Of a DNA stretch of 64,000 nt, positions 1-8,231 are shown in pieces. A model generated the notes under the pieces. The model ran no database searches, was not told where the DNA came from, and worked only from the letters and a program-made list of their open reading frames with translations. The position numbers and the translations under genes are program-made. The DNA is from an uncultured Candidatus Saccharibacteria bacterium (lineage in GTDB: Bacteria > Patescibacteriota > Minisyncoccia > Phycocordibacterales > CAIZLB01), in the NCBI GenBank assembly GCA_964520545.1, contig CAZFOD010000004.1, positions 4,844 to 68,843 on the forward strand, in the 5' to 3' direction. Positions within the stretch are counted from its first letter, which is position 1, and every line of letters begins with the position of its first letter.

Positions 1-829
1 GTCTTGTCGGAATGACATTAAAGCTCTTAGCACTCTCAATTATCTCCGCTGGCATGTCTTCATATTTTGTCAGATCCACAGGAGCTTCTTCCTCGTTTCC
101 AAGGTCAATAACTGTTTCCATTTCAAAACTATCAATACCCTCTCCTATGAATTCCCCTTCAACACTCGGCATTGTTGGTGGTCGTCCGTCTGGCCCCAAT
201 CCTTTCTTGAAAGTAACACGAAGTCTTTCAATGGTGTCCTCGGAAACTTGATTGTTTCTGATGTCATTTAAGATACGAAGTGACTCACCATCGGTTTGTC
301 GATGCTGTTCTTCAAGATAGCAGGTTTTGAATCCTGCCACTCTCCAAACATCGGAGTGGTATATAAATTTAGCTGGTGGTTCTCCCCTCTTTGAGATGGG
401 AGGAAGCTGAAAGAAGTCTCCACAGAGAACCACTTGAATTCCCCCGAATGGCAAATGTGTATTCTTAAATGTACGCAAAACTTGATCGACGAGATCTAAA
501 CGAAAATGATGAAGCATTGAAACCTCATCGATGATGAGTACCTTCACCTGCTCCATTCTTCTGTAGAGATGTGGTTTGTCGATGAGATTGGAGAGATCGT
601 GTTCCGTTAGTCTGTCCTTAATACCAATCCCCGCCCAAGAGTGTATGGTCACTCCTCCCATATGTGTTGCTGCAATCCCGGTTGAAGCGGTAACTCCAAC
701 TTCAACTCCAGCATCCTTCAAATATTTAATATATTGATTCAATACGTAAGTCTTTCCACTTCCAGCAGCGCCGGTTAAATATACGTTATTACCGAGCTTT
801 AAAATATCGAGTGCGGTCTCCTGCGTCAT
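1..829 (-). CDS. Pif1/RecD-family helicase, partial (N-terminal part; C-terminus beyond window start)
   Basis: Manual minus-strand translation from ATG at 827-829 gives MTQETALDILKLGNNVYLTGAAGSGKTY (Walker A), LIIDEVSM (Walker B) and LCGDFFQLPPI (Pif1 signature motif). Absent from the ORF track because no stop falls within the window. Confidence 0.75.
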   Translation of the reverse strand, partial: MTQETALDILKLGNNVYLTGAAGSGKTYVLNQYIKYLKDAGVEVGVTASTGIAATHMGGVTIHSWAGIGIKDRLTEHDLSNLIDKPHLYRRMEQVKVLIIDEVSMLHHFRLDLVDQVLRTFKNTHLPFGGIQVVLCGDFFQLPPISKRGEPPAKFIYHSDVWRVAGFKTCYLEEQHRQTDGESLRILNDIRNNQVSEDTIERLRVTFKKGLGPDGRPPTMPSVEGEFIGEGIDSFEMETVIDLGNEEEAPVDLTKYEDMPAEIIESAKSFNVIPTR

Positions 830-927
830 GTCGGTCTAGTATATCACCGTCTACAGATCGGAAGAAAAAGCTATACGGTGAGTAAATATGACTCAGTATT
901 TAACAGAGAACCTACCATCTTTAAACA

Positions 928-956
928 TTGACAAGTAGTACTATGTTTGTTATAGT
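928..956 (+). promoter_or_regulatory. sigma70-like promoter (TTGACA-17-TATAGT) upstream of small ORF 993
   Basis: TTGACA at 928-933, 17-bp spacer, TATAGT at 951-956; GAAAGGAAAA RBS-like motif precedes ATG 993. Confidence 0.4.
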
Positions 957-992
957 ATTAATAGCAGTCAACCCTTAACTGAAAGGAAAACT

Positions 993-1286
993 ATGCACAT
1001 TCTGCAACTTGTCTATTCCTACCTCCTGCCCATTTGTGTTCTGGTGGCAGTGTGTGGATGTGTCCCATTCGCTATGCCGTATTTCGGTTTCGTCACTGAA
1101 GTGAGTCACTTCCTTTACGATGTCCTTCATGATGGCATCAGCTCATGGTTCAAAATGAAGCGTCACTACTACAGCATGGGTTGGTCCAGCTTGTCCGGAG
1201 ACTTGGTTTGTCTGTTGGTCGGAGTATGTGCAATACTGACCATCATTCTCCTCGTCCTCGGCAAGATGTATCACCTCACGGTCTGA
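993..1286 (+). CDS. small hydrophobic membrane protein (hypothetical)
   Basis: 97-aa ORF with two hydrophobic segments, preceded by a consensus-like promoter and an RBS-like motif. Confidence 0.35.
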   Translation: MHILQLVYSYLLPICVLVAVCGCVPFAMPYFGFVTEVSHFLYDVLHDGISSWFKMKRHYYSMGWSSLSGDLVCLLVGVCAILTIILLVLGKMYHLTV

Positions 1287-1417
1287 GTTTGGTGTTTCAA
1301 CGATTGGCGGCGATCAGCAATGGTCGCCGCTTTTTCTTATATCTTAAACCTTATGAATCTGCCATCATCATTATCCCGTGTTACTAGCAAAATTCTATAG
1401 CAAGTACGATATCAATA

Positions 1418-2065
1418 TTATTTAGTAATATTAACGTACCTTTCACAATCAGCTTTTTCCGTTACATCTAATATCTCTCCGCACAAGGAAATATCTCTGG
1501 TCTCCATTGCAATCCCTTTGTAACATTGACCTATGTAATGTTCAGATTTAATTTTCGTGCCACATATTAGAACTTTCTGTTCATTAATAGCTTTATTTGT
1601 ATAACATATATCTCTTCCGACATTATCTCCAACATTTTCACAAATATCCTGCTGGGGATTTTTTTGTAAAAAAGCAGAGTAACATGATCCTCTTGTAAGC
1701 GAGGATTCAGAAATTTGTTGGCATATGTCTATATTTTTTGCCGATACAGCAACCCCCAAAAGACAACCTTCTTTATGATTTGCAGATAAAATAATATTAC
1801 TACATATACCAGGATTCTTAAGTTGAGCTGCAACTTGAGAATAACATTGGTCTACCAGATCGGTCTGCGATGGACCAGTGATATGTGGTCCAATCATCAG
1901 TATTTTTCCACAAATAGCAGGGTTACTTTTTTGAACAGCAATTGATGAGACAGAGCCAACTTCCGCTTCTCTATCTATGAGATAATAATTACTTTTCACA
2001 AATCCATATGTACCGAGAAATATAGTTCCCAATACAACAACAGATAAACAGATAAATTTTTTCAT
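1418..2065 (-). CDS. secreted cysteine-rich repeat protein (hypothetical)
   Basis: N-terminal signal peptide MKKFICLSVVVLGTIFLGTYG; about six 25-aa repeats, each with an IC..I and a C(Y) motif (12 Cys in total). Confidence 0.55.
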   Translation of the reverse strand: MKKFICLSVVVLGTIFLGTYGFVKSNYYLIDREAEVGSVSSIAVQKSNPAICGKILMIGPHITGPSQTDLVDQCYSQVAAQLKNPGICSNIILSANHKEGCLLGVAVSAKNIDICQQISESSLTRGSCYSAFLQKNPQQDICENVGDNVGRDICYTNKAINEQKVLICGTKIKSEHYIGQCYKGIAMETRDISLCGEILDVTEKADCERYVNITK

Positions 2066-2100
2066 ACTTGATTATACAACGAATTCCTAAACCTTAAACC

Positions 2101-3228
2101 CTACTTCACCACTGTCTGTAATTCAGGAGTTGTATCAGCATCAACAATCTCAAACTTTACCCTTCCAATCTTCTGTCCACGAGTTGTCTCTACATCAACT
2201 CTCCAAGATCCAGCAAAAACACTTGATTTGTTTGAATATGTACGGAACCCTTCTTCCCTGCCCCCAATAAGTTTAAGATCAATGACTGTTGATGTTACCC
2301 ACTTACGATTCTCTTCGTCATAATATTGCCATCTGTGCACTATGTCAGCATTCAATTCTGTTGGTGAGAAGATTGCGCTCCATACATATATGGGTTCACC
2401 TGAGACACGATGATATCTTTCAAACAAATGGAAGAATTCCCACCAATGATGTGTTTCGTAGGAAAGTGTATATGTACCATTAGCATTACTTGATATCTGA
2501 TGATATATACCTGCATCTTTTAAAGACAATGGGATTGGCGGGATGAGATTGGTGAAATATAGGAGGTTCATTATAAGCACAATACCTCCAATCGAGACAT
2601 ACAAAATTCTTCTACTTTTCCTAAAGTGCTCACCTGTAAAATATCGTAGAATCGCGAGGAATATGAAGAGGACGACAAGACTTGCGACAGTGCTGATGAT
2701 AAATATGGATGCACCGATCTTATGCAATATGACTGGGACAAAATATATGGCAAAGGTATATATTGCAAGAAACAATACGCTTATTTGATAACTCAAACGA
2801 GTATAGTGTCTTCTTAGTCTCTCATTTGCCAAGAAGGTAACGACAAGTAGAAGTAAGAATGGCCATGCGACTGAAAGTGTTGCGCTACGGAAATAGAAGA
2901 CGAGAAATGTGGAGAAAAGTCCTCCAAACGAGAATTGAATAAGGAAGGTCATCCAGAAGTGAAGATCTGGGCGTTCACTCGATTGAGGTTGGTCTGCAAC
3001 AGTTTCATCTACCTCACCTCTTGGAGTCTCCTTTGCAAATATATTGATGATAGTTATTCCCGCAGCAGCCAACGCAAGGTGAATTCCAATAAATAGATTC
3101 TCCAGGAATCTATCCACCTGAGTTAGTGTAAAGATTGTAAAAATGAAACCCGAAAAGAGCGACACTGATGACAGTAATCGCTCATAGCGGATATAGAGGG
3201 AGGTTAAATATGTGATAGTCTGCTTCAC
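2101..3228 (-). CDS. polytopic membrane protein with C-terminal soluble domain (hypothetical)
   Basis: 375-aa ORF with about 7 predicted TM helices followed by a W/Y-rich domain of about 130 aa. Confidence 0.55.
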   Translation of the reverse strand: MKQTITYLTSLYIRYERLLSSVSLFSGFIFTIFTLTQVDRFLENLFIGIHLALAAAGITIINIFAKETPRGEVDETVADQPQSSERPDLHFWMTFLIQFSFGGLFSTFLVFYFRSATLSVAWPFLLLLVVTFLANERLRRHYTRLSYQISVLFLAIYTFAIYFVPVILHKIGASIFIISTVASLVVLFIFLAILRYFTGEHFRKSRRILYVSIGGIVLIMNLLYFTNLIPPIPLSLKDAGIYHQISSNANGTYTLSYETHHWWEFFHLFERYHRVSGEPIYVWSAIFSPTELNADIVHRWQYYDEENRKWVTSTVIDLKLIGGREEGFRTYSNKSSVFAGSWRVDVETTRGQKIGRVKFEIVDADTTPELQTVVK

Positions 3229-3248
3229 CCCCCTATTATATGTCCTAA

Positions 3249-3875
3249 CTACCTTGTCTGCACCTTGACTCCGTTGACGCTATTTACCTTGATGCTTGAT
3301 ACATCAAAAATCTTTACATCAGTTGGCACTGTAAACTTAGTGTTATCCTTTTGCCAGTCTGAACAGTTGTAAGAGACATTCTGGTCAATATCAACCTGAC
3401 TGTTAGCGCCCGCTCCAGCTCCTGAAAGATTAGTGAAAGACATCTTCGCCCCTTGCTTTCCACTCCATGCAAACACCGTATCACCCTGTCGAATCATGTG
3501 AGCATCTTTTACAGTTGCAGAGGCTCCTTCCATTGTGAAATCTCCTCTCATCTCATTTCCAGCAATGAATATGTTGCCATTTGTCTTTAGCTCCCCTTTT
3601 GAAGTTGTAGTTGCATATGTGACTGTGCAATTGAGATCTTTACCTGAAGTTAGAAGCGATCTGATACTGCCTTGCACTGTAGATCCTAATACAATATTTG
3701 CTGAAGTTGTAGAAGACGCAGTTGAATTGAACACGGTCGTTGTTGCCTGCGTATCGCTCTTAACTACAACTGGAGCCTTCTTTGTCTTGATATATGCCCC
3801 TCCACCGATTGCTGCGATTACAGCAATGACAATGATAAACGCCAATACACCGAAACCTTTATTCTTTTTAATCAT
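3249..3875 (-). CDS. exported Ser/Thr-rich protein with N-terminal membrane anchor (hypothetical)
   Basis: N-terminus MIKKNKGFGVLAFIIVIAVIAAIGGGAY is TM/signal-like; the remainder is hydrophilic and T/S-rich. Confidence 0.5.
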   Translation of the reverse strand: MIKKNKGFGVLAFIIVIAVIAAIGGGAYIKTKKAPVVVKSDTQATTTVFNSTASSTTSANIVLGSTVQGSIRSLLTSGKDLNCTVTYATTTSKGELKTNGNIFIAGNEMRGDFTMEGASATVKDAHMIRQGDTVFAWSGKQGAKMSFTNLSGAGAGANSQVDIDQNVSYNCSDWQKDNTKFTVPTDVKIFDVSSIKVNSVNGVKVQTR

Positions 3876-3900
3876 TGATATATTAGTTAACTAGTAGACG

Positions 3901-4779
3901 TTAATTATACTCCAAATGGTGTTTAAGAGCATGCCAAAAATTATTCCCTTCGTAAACACCCTTTCTACTATCGTGAAAGATTCTGATGTAATCATTAAGA
4001 TTGGCTTCAAACATAACGTCGCGAAACGGCTTGTTATGAGGAATGAGATGCAATTCATAGAGCTTATCGTCAGAAAAACCCGGGAATACTCCCGCAAAGC
4101 TCCATGGAATACTTCCCTCATTCACTCGATTGGCAGCATATGCAAGAATATTAGTACAGTTAGAGAAGATGGTGTTATAAAACTTTGGAGTTGTCTCAAG
4201 ACTATCCGTCGTCTTTGCAAAATCAAGAAAGAGCGCCTTACTTGTACTTGCTGATATATCAAGTGGATACATGTATATTGGGTCTCCAAAATTAATCACT
4301 CTGCGACTTAAAAAATCTGCTGCACTTCCCCATGCATACCACTGTTCGTAGTTATTGAACGCACCCTTCAAAGTGCTGTATGGGACACCAATTTCTCTTC
4401 GAGCTTCCATAGACATGGCAACTGATTTTCCATCTGAAAAATCAAATACAAGGAAGGTATGCGCAATGCCTGTCCAAGGGCCAAATGTGCTAATAACAAA
4501 ATATGTCGACTCTAACCTATCAAGATCAAAGGTTTCGTCATAGTAATCTCTCGAAATAGCGGTTCCGGTTTCATATCTCCAGTCTCTTATATTCTCAATA
4601 TAAACTTTTGAGGAATTAATAGTAACAAGCGGAAGTATCTTAGATTCTTCAGACCAGTTACGATTCAAAGACGGGTTTCTTGAGAAAACAAAAACTAAAA
4701 ATATACAAAGTGCGATGAGTATTACCGATAAAACGGCAAGCGCTATCTTATATCCCCTGTGTTGTACGCGAGATTTCAT
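3901..4779 (-). CDS. DUF4105 (Lnb N-terminal-like) family membrane-anchored protein
   Basis: N-terminal TM followed by the NRNW motif and a periplasmic domain resembling the DUF4105/Lnb family. The ORF track starts at GTG 4818; the ATG at 4779 (MKSRVQ...) is the more likely start. Confidence 0.45.
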   Translation of the reverse strand: MKSRVQHRGYKIALAVLSVILIALCIFLVFVFSRNPSLNRNWSEESKILPLVTINSSKVYIENIRDWRYETGTAISRDYYDETFDLDRLESTYFVISTFGPWTGIAHTFLVFDFSDGKSVAMSMEARREIGVPYSTLKGAFNNYEQWYAWGSAADFLSRRVINFGDPIYMYPLDISASTSKALFLDFAKTTDSLETTPKFYNTIFSNCTNILAYAANRVNEGSIPWSFAGVFPGFSDDKLYELHLIPHNKPFRDVMFEANLNDYIRIFHDSRKGVYEGNNFWHALKHHLEYN

Positions 4780-4868
4780 TTTAGATGAACGTAAGAAAAT
4801 TATATCACAGCTACCCACTCTCTCTTTATACTTTGATATAATATATATCGATAAATTAATATAAAAAA

Positions 4869-5258
4869 ATGAACTACTACACAGATGTGATTAAAAAATA
4901 TGCAGCATTCACCGGCCGAGCTACTCGGAAGGAATACTGGATGTTCTTTCTCATAAACGCTCTCATAGGAATCACACTTAATCTGGTGGAGGGAGATGTT
5001 GGCAATATGGGATTAATATCAGCCATATACAGCTTAGCTTTGCTTACTCCATCAATCGCTGTTGCCGTGAGACGACTTCACGACACTGGAAGAAGTGGCT
5101 GGTGGCTTTTGATTGGAATATTTCCTCTGATTGGAGGCATTATCCTCATATATTTCCTTGTGCAAGATAGTGAAGCTGGAACAAATATATATGGAGCTAG
5201 GCCTTCTAGCCCAAGCGATATGATTCCACCTCCTACAGAAACTACACCGACAAATTAA
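4869..5258 (+). CDS. DUF805 family inner-membrane protein (YhaH-like)
   Basis: Motifs GRATRKEYW and RRLHDTGRSGWW with 3-4 TM segments are hallmarks of DUF805. Confidence 0.8.
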   Translation: MNYYTDVIKKYAAFTGRATRKEYWMFFLINALIGITLNLVEGDVGNMGLISAIYSLALLTPSIAVAVRRLHDTGRSGWWLLIGIFPLIGGIILIYFLVQDSEAGTNIYGARPSSPSDMIPPPTETTPTN

Positions 5259-5271
5259 TACTTAAAAGAAG

Positions 5272-5300
5272 ACCGCGTGGCGCACAAAGCACCACGCGGT
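5272..5300. terminator. bidirectional hairpin terminator; copy 1 of the repeated hairpin accgcgtggcgcacaaagcaccacgcggt
   Basis: Perfect 9-bp stem with a T-run on the plus strand and an A-run upstream; lies between convergent genes 4869..5258 and 5313..6005. A near-identical hairpin recurs at 6668-6696. Confidence 0.6.
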
Positions 5301-5312
5301 TTTTCCATTTGC

Positions 5313-6005
5313 TCATGACCACAAAAGATGATGTTCAGCAGCCCTGCCAGTTCTAACGAGATCTACCACACGGCTGAATTGATCTTGGTCAGTTCTGAAA
5401 TCAATGCCGAACTTTAAAAGTGCAGAACTCACTTCCTCGATCCGGTGTAATGTGTCACGGTGGACCTTGCAGAAACGATCCGGATCATTCACCAAATGAC
5501 CCTCGAGCGCATACATCTGGGCGATGAGGGCAAACTCCTCCTTACGGATTTCAGAAAGAATGTGAGTGACAAAGTCGACCACTAACATCTTCCACACAGT
5601 GGAACTAATTCCCTCCCCAGACTCTCTTGCCCAGGGCGATTCGATGCCTCGTGCAGCAGTCTTAAGCGCTTCGACATCGTTCCGTAGGTCGTAGTAAGCA
5701 ACGAGCCTATCCCACTTGTTTCGTCCGTACCCAAGGTAAAGAATTCCTCCCACGCCAAAGGCGAGAAATGCCCCAGTACCCAGAGTCTGAACAATCGCAA
5801 AGACGATAACGGAAACGACTAGTGCGAAAACGGAAAGGACTTTTCCGATTTGATAGAGGAGCTCCGCATCCTCAAGTTCGGTCAACGAGTGACGAACCTT
5901 TTGTTGCCCCATCCACAGATTGAAGAGTGACCTACTGTCACCCGCAAGGTTCGCTTCCGTTAAGAACGGCTTTTCAACCGCAGTAATTTCGGTATCTGAA
6001 CTCAT
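5313..6005 (-). CDS. 2-TM membrane protein, paralog A (hypothetical)
   Basis: 230 aa: N-terminal region of about 55 aa, a TM hairpin, then a C-terminal domain of about 120 aa. Distant paralog of 6714..7370 (shared KWDRLVAYYDLR / KKYDTLLYDTRQ, DPDRF/DPDRY and LLKFGIDF / LKKFGLQL). Confidence 0.6.
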   Translation of the reverse strand: MSSDTEITAVEKPFLTEANLAGDSRSLFNLWMGQQKVRHSLTELEDAELLYQIGKVLSVFALVVSVIVFAIVQTLGTGAFLAFGVGGILYLGYGRNKWDRLVAYYDLRNDVEALKTAARGIESPWARESGEGISSTVWKMLVVDFVTHILSEIRKEEFALIAQMYALEGHLVNDPDRFCKVHRDTLHRIEEVSSALLKFGIDFRTDQDQFSRVVDLVRTGRAAEHHLLWS

Positions 6006-6092
6006 ACATGTACCTTTCTAGCCCACTTGGGGCACGTTGTTACGGTTGAACTGAGATGATCAGTTAGGTTTTAATCTAAACCAAACTATACC
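6006..6092 (-). promoter_or_regulatory. conserved 5' leader copy 1 (-10 TATAGT through RBS GAAAGG), with -35 TTGACT at 6107-6112
   Basis: Block of about 85 nt that is about 90% identical to 7371-7456. Contains the -10 (revcomp of 6085-6090), the conserved small hairpin gccccaagtgggc and the RBS immediately before ATG 6005. Confidence 0.55.
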
Positions 6093-6120
6093 CCTCGACA
6101 CTCAGGAGTCAATAATTGAA

Positions 6121-6152
6121 AAAGCGCTCCGTGTACCTGCCCGGAGCGCTTT
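6121..6152 (-). terminator. intrinsic terminator after the zinc-ribbon gene
   Basis: aaagcgctccg/cggagcgcttt 11-bp stem followed by a T-run on the minus strand. Confidence 0.55.
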
Positions 6153-6391
6153 CAAGGTTTAGTGTTTGGTGCTTTTGGTACAGTGAATGCACGAATCCCC
6201 TGGAAAATCTTTGCGCCCCGTATAGGGACATCGTCAGATTTTCGCTCGCAAACATGGCATTTGTCACCTTTATTGTAAGCACTGAGAATGGTGGGACAGT
6301 TTTCACCTCCACACCGCCTTCGTACTCCTTTTCGGTGATTTGTTTTTTTTCTTCTTGAACGCTTTGCGTTCGGCTGACTTGTTTCAGGCAT
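6152..6391 (-). CDS. small basic zinc-ribbon protein (hypothetical; CX4C...CX2C)
   Basis: MPETSQPNAKRSRRKKTNHRKGVRRRCGGENCPTILSAYNKGDKCHVCERK: Lys/Arg-rich N-terminus plus a four-Cys ribbon. Alternative TTG start at 6433 abuts the stop of the upstream small gene. Confidence 0.4.
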   Translation of the reverse strand: MPETSQPNAKRSRRKKTNHRKGVRRRCGGENCPTILSAYNKGDKCHVCERKSDDVPIRGAKIFQGIRAFTVPKAPNTKP

Positions 6392-6435
6392 ATGATCTGC
6401 AGAAATTCTAATCCAGGAATCTGTTTTTTGCAAAA

Positions 6436-6639
6436 TTAATATTCATTCGTTTCCGCATCTTTCTTTTCCAGCAAAATCTTTACCGCCTCAGCTTCCTTTA
6501 TGGCACCAATGTCTCGCTCAGTCTTTGTCTTCCCATCAGCACCAGGAGCAAATGATCTCATTGTCATGAGAAGTCCGATGATGAGTACTCCGAGCATGAG
6601 AATAATGAGGAGCATGAAGCCTGAATTATCTTTTTTCAT
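6436..6639 (-). CDS. small single-TM protein (hypothetical)
   Basis: MKKDNSGFMLLIILMLGVLIIGLLMTMRS... 67 aa from ATG 6639; the ORF track extends to 6717 across the upstream terminator, which is unlikely to be the real start. Confidence 0.35.
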   Translation of the reverse strand: MKKDNSGFMLLIILMLGVLIIGLLMTMRSFAPGADGKTKTERDIGAIKEAEAVKILLEKKDAETNEY

Positions 6640-6667
6640 ATATGTATATTGTATTACAAAAAAGAAA

Positions 6668-6696
6668 ACTGCGTGGCGCACAAGGCACCACGCAGT
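6668..6696 (-). terminator. hairpin terminator copy 2 (actgcgtggcgcacaaggcaccacgcagt)
   Basis: Near-identical to hairpin 5272-5300; lies 14 nt after the stop of 6714..7370, followed by a T-run on the minus strand. Confidence 0.6.
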
Positions 6697-6713
6697 CTTT
6701 TTCTTTTTGTGAG

Positions 6714-7370
6714 TCACACCTCACGCAAACGGTATTCCTCCTGGTCTGCGAGCTGGAGCCCGAACTTCTTTAGCGCCAAGTTCAGACTGTAATACCGATC
6801 ATCGAGGTTTACTAACTCTTTGAGCGGTTCACCGTTATACACATCGTCCCCACTATAACGATCAGGGTCAAGCCGGTAGGCATCGGCAATCGTCCCATCC
6901 AAGACGCGGATGAATGTTGCCGTGAGCCACTCCGAGAGCCACACCTCATGTGAACTCGAATCGCTCGGAGCATCAATTGCCGACAGAACACCGAACTCTC
7001 GAATCGCGTACCGTAACTGCCTTGTGTCGTAGAGCAGCGTGTCGTACTTCTTGATATCGGCATTTCTCCTCGCCGATTGAGAGAGCTCCCAATAGAAGAC
7101 GCAGGCCGAGGCGCAGATGATGAGGCAAATGAAGAACGCGTAAAGATTGGGTCCCTGATTGTAGGAGACAGCCGCCAGCATGCCGAAAATGGCGATGACA
7201 ATCTGGATAAACGTCAGACTTCTTTGCAACCCGCTGTGCTTGCTTCTTACCTTTTCCAGTGGTTCTTCAAAGCCCCCATTCCTTGCTTTCCACGCCGCGA
7301 ACAGAGTGACGTTTGGTCCCATTGTTATACCGAAGCGACGAATCGCTATTGGACTAGATGCATTTTGCAT
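6714..7370 (-). CDS. 2-TM membrane protein, paralog B (hypothetical)
   Basis: 218 aa with the same architecture as 5313..6005 and weak but clear sequence similarity in the C-terminal domain. Confidence 0.6.
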   Translation of the reverse strand: MQNASSPIAIRRFGITMGPNVTLFAAWKARNGGFEEPLEKVRSKHSGLQRSLTFIQIVIAIFGMLAAVSYNQGPNLYAFFICLIICASACVFYWELSQSARRNADIKKYDTLLYDTRQLRYAIREFGVLSAIDAPSDSSSHEVWLSEWLTATFIRVLDGTIADAYRLDPDRYSGDDVYNGEPLKELVNLDDRYYSLNLALKKFGLQLADQEEYRLREV

Positions 7371-7456
7371 AAGTTACCTTTCTAGCCCACTTGGGGCACG
7401 TTGTTATAGTTGAACTGAGAGGATCAGTTGGGTTTTGATCTAAGTTAAACTATACA
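7371..7456 (-). promoter_or_regulatory. conserved 5' leader copy 2 (-10 TATAGT at revcomp of 7449-7454; -35 TTGCTA at revcomp of 7471-7476)
   Basis: About 90% identical to 6006-6092, including the gccccaagtgggc hairpin and the GAAAGG RBS. Confidence 0.55.
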
Positions 7457-7596
7457 ACAAATGTACAATATAGCAAGTGTGAATTGACTTTGGAATAAAA
7501 AACCTCATAGTATGGCCTGAAAGGAGCTTTCTAAGGCACAACTGGTTCATTGGTTTCGAATTCCTCGACACCGCCAGCAACACTTAGATTGTCGCT

Positions 7597-8118
7597 ATGC
7601 TCTTCAAACAAAACATCGTAGTCTTCGGCGCTTTCCTCATCCTCTTGGGATTCGCCTTCCTCACGTTTCTCGCAATTGTCCACGGAAAACCTCCGCAAGG
7701 ACTCAAGGGAATGTTCGGCAGATTCATGCTTCTCTCATGCAGCTTCGTAAGCCTCACCACCATTGGCCTCGACATCGTCGGGAGCACGTGGCAGGCAAAG
7801 GTGGAGCTTCGTCCGATTGCCGAGCAGTTTGCAAAACCGCCAAAAACGAAGGCAGAACATCGAAACATTCTTTCGCAACGCGAAGTGCTGGACGATGTGA
7901 AGAAATTCGATCTCAACTTCAGCACGGAAGCCGTTGAGGGCACCGGGCTCGGAGGGACGTTCATCCCCTGGATGTTCGACGGCTTCAACACCATCGTCCG
8001 GGGTGTGTACGTCCATCCCCGAATCCTTCTGACGTGTATGATCCTTTGGTTCACGAGCACCATGTTCCTGTTCCTCGGAAACCACTACGGGGGTGGCGGA
8101 AAGAAAGCGGCACACTGA
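7597..8118 (+). CDS. membrane protein (hypothetical), GC-rich
   Basis: Hydrophobic N- and C-terminal segments. The plus-strand terminator at 8137-8170 supports this strand over the overlapping minus ORFs. Confidence 0.45.
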   Translation: MLFKQNIVVFGAFLILLGFAFLTFLAIVHGKPPQGLKGMFGRFMLLSCSFVSLTTIGLDIVGSTWQAKVELRPIAEQFAKPPKTKAEHRNILSQREVLDDVKKFDLNFSTEAVEGTGLGGTFIPWMFDGFNTIVRGVYVHPRILLTCMILWFTSTMFLFLGNHYGGGGKKAAH

Positions 8119-8136
8119 GAGTGCCGGTAGATATGA

Positions 8137-8170
8137 AAACGCGGGTTCCCCCTTGGGCACCCGCGTTTTT
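8137..8170 (+). terminator. intrinsic terminator
   Basis: aacgcgggt/acccgcgtt stem followed by TTTTTT. Confidence 0.55.
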
Positions 8171-8231
8171 TACTTTCATGAAAACTTTTACTTTTGGGAT
8201 ATAATCAGGCAATACAAATAATATCCATTTT

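Noticed and set aside
12-251. Plus-strand 79-aa ORF
   Set aside because: Lies antisense within the clearly coding Pif1-like helicase gene.
7584-8160. Minus-strand ORFs 7584..8063 and 7735..8160 overlapping plus-strand ORF 7597..8118
   Set aside because: Both minus-strand translations are low-complexity and Arg/Pro-rich. The plus-strand ORF has TM helices and is followed by a plus-strand intrinsic terminator.
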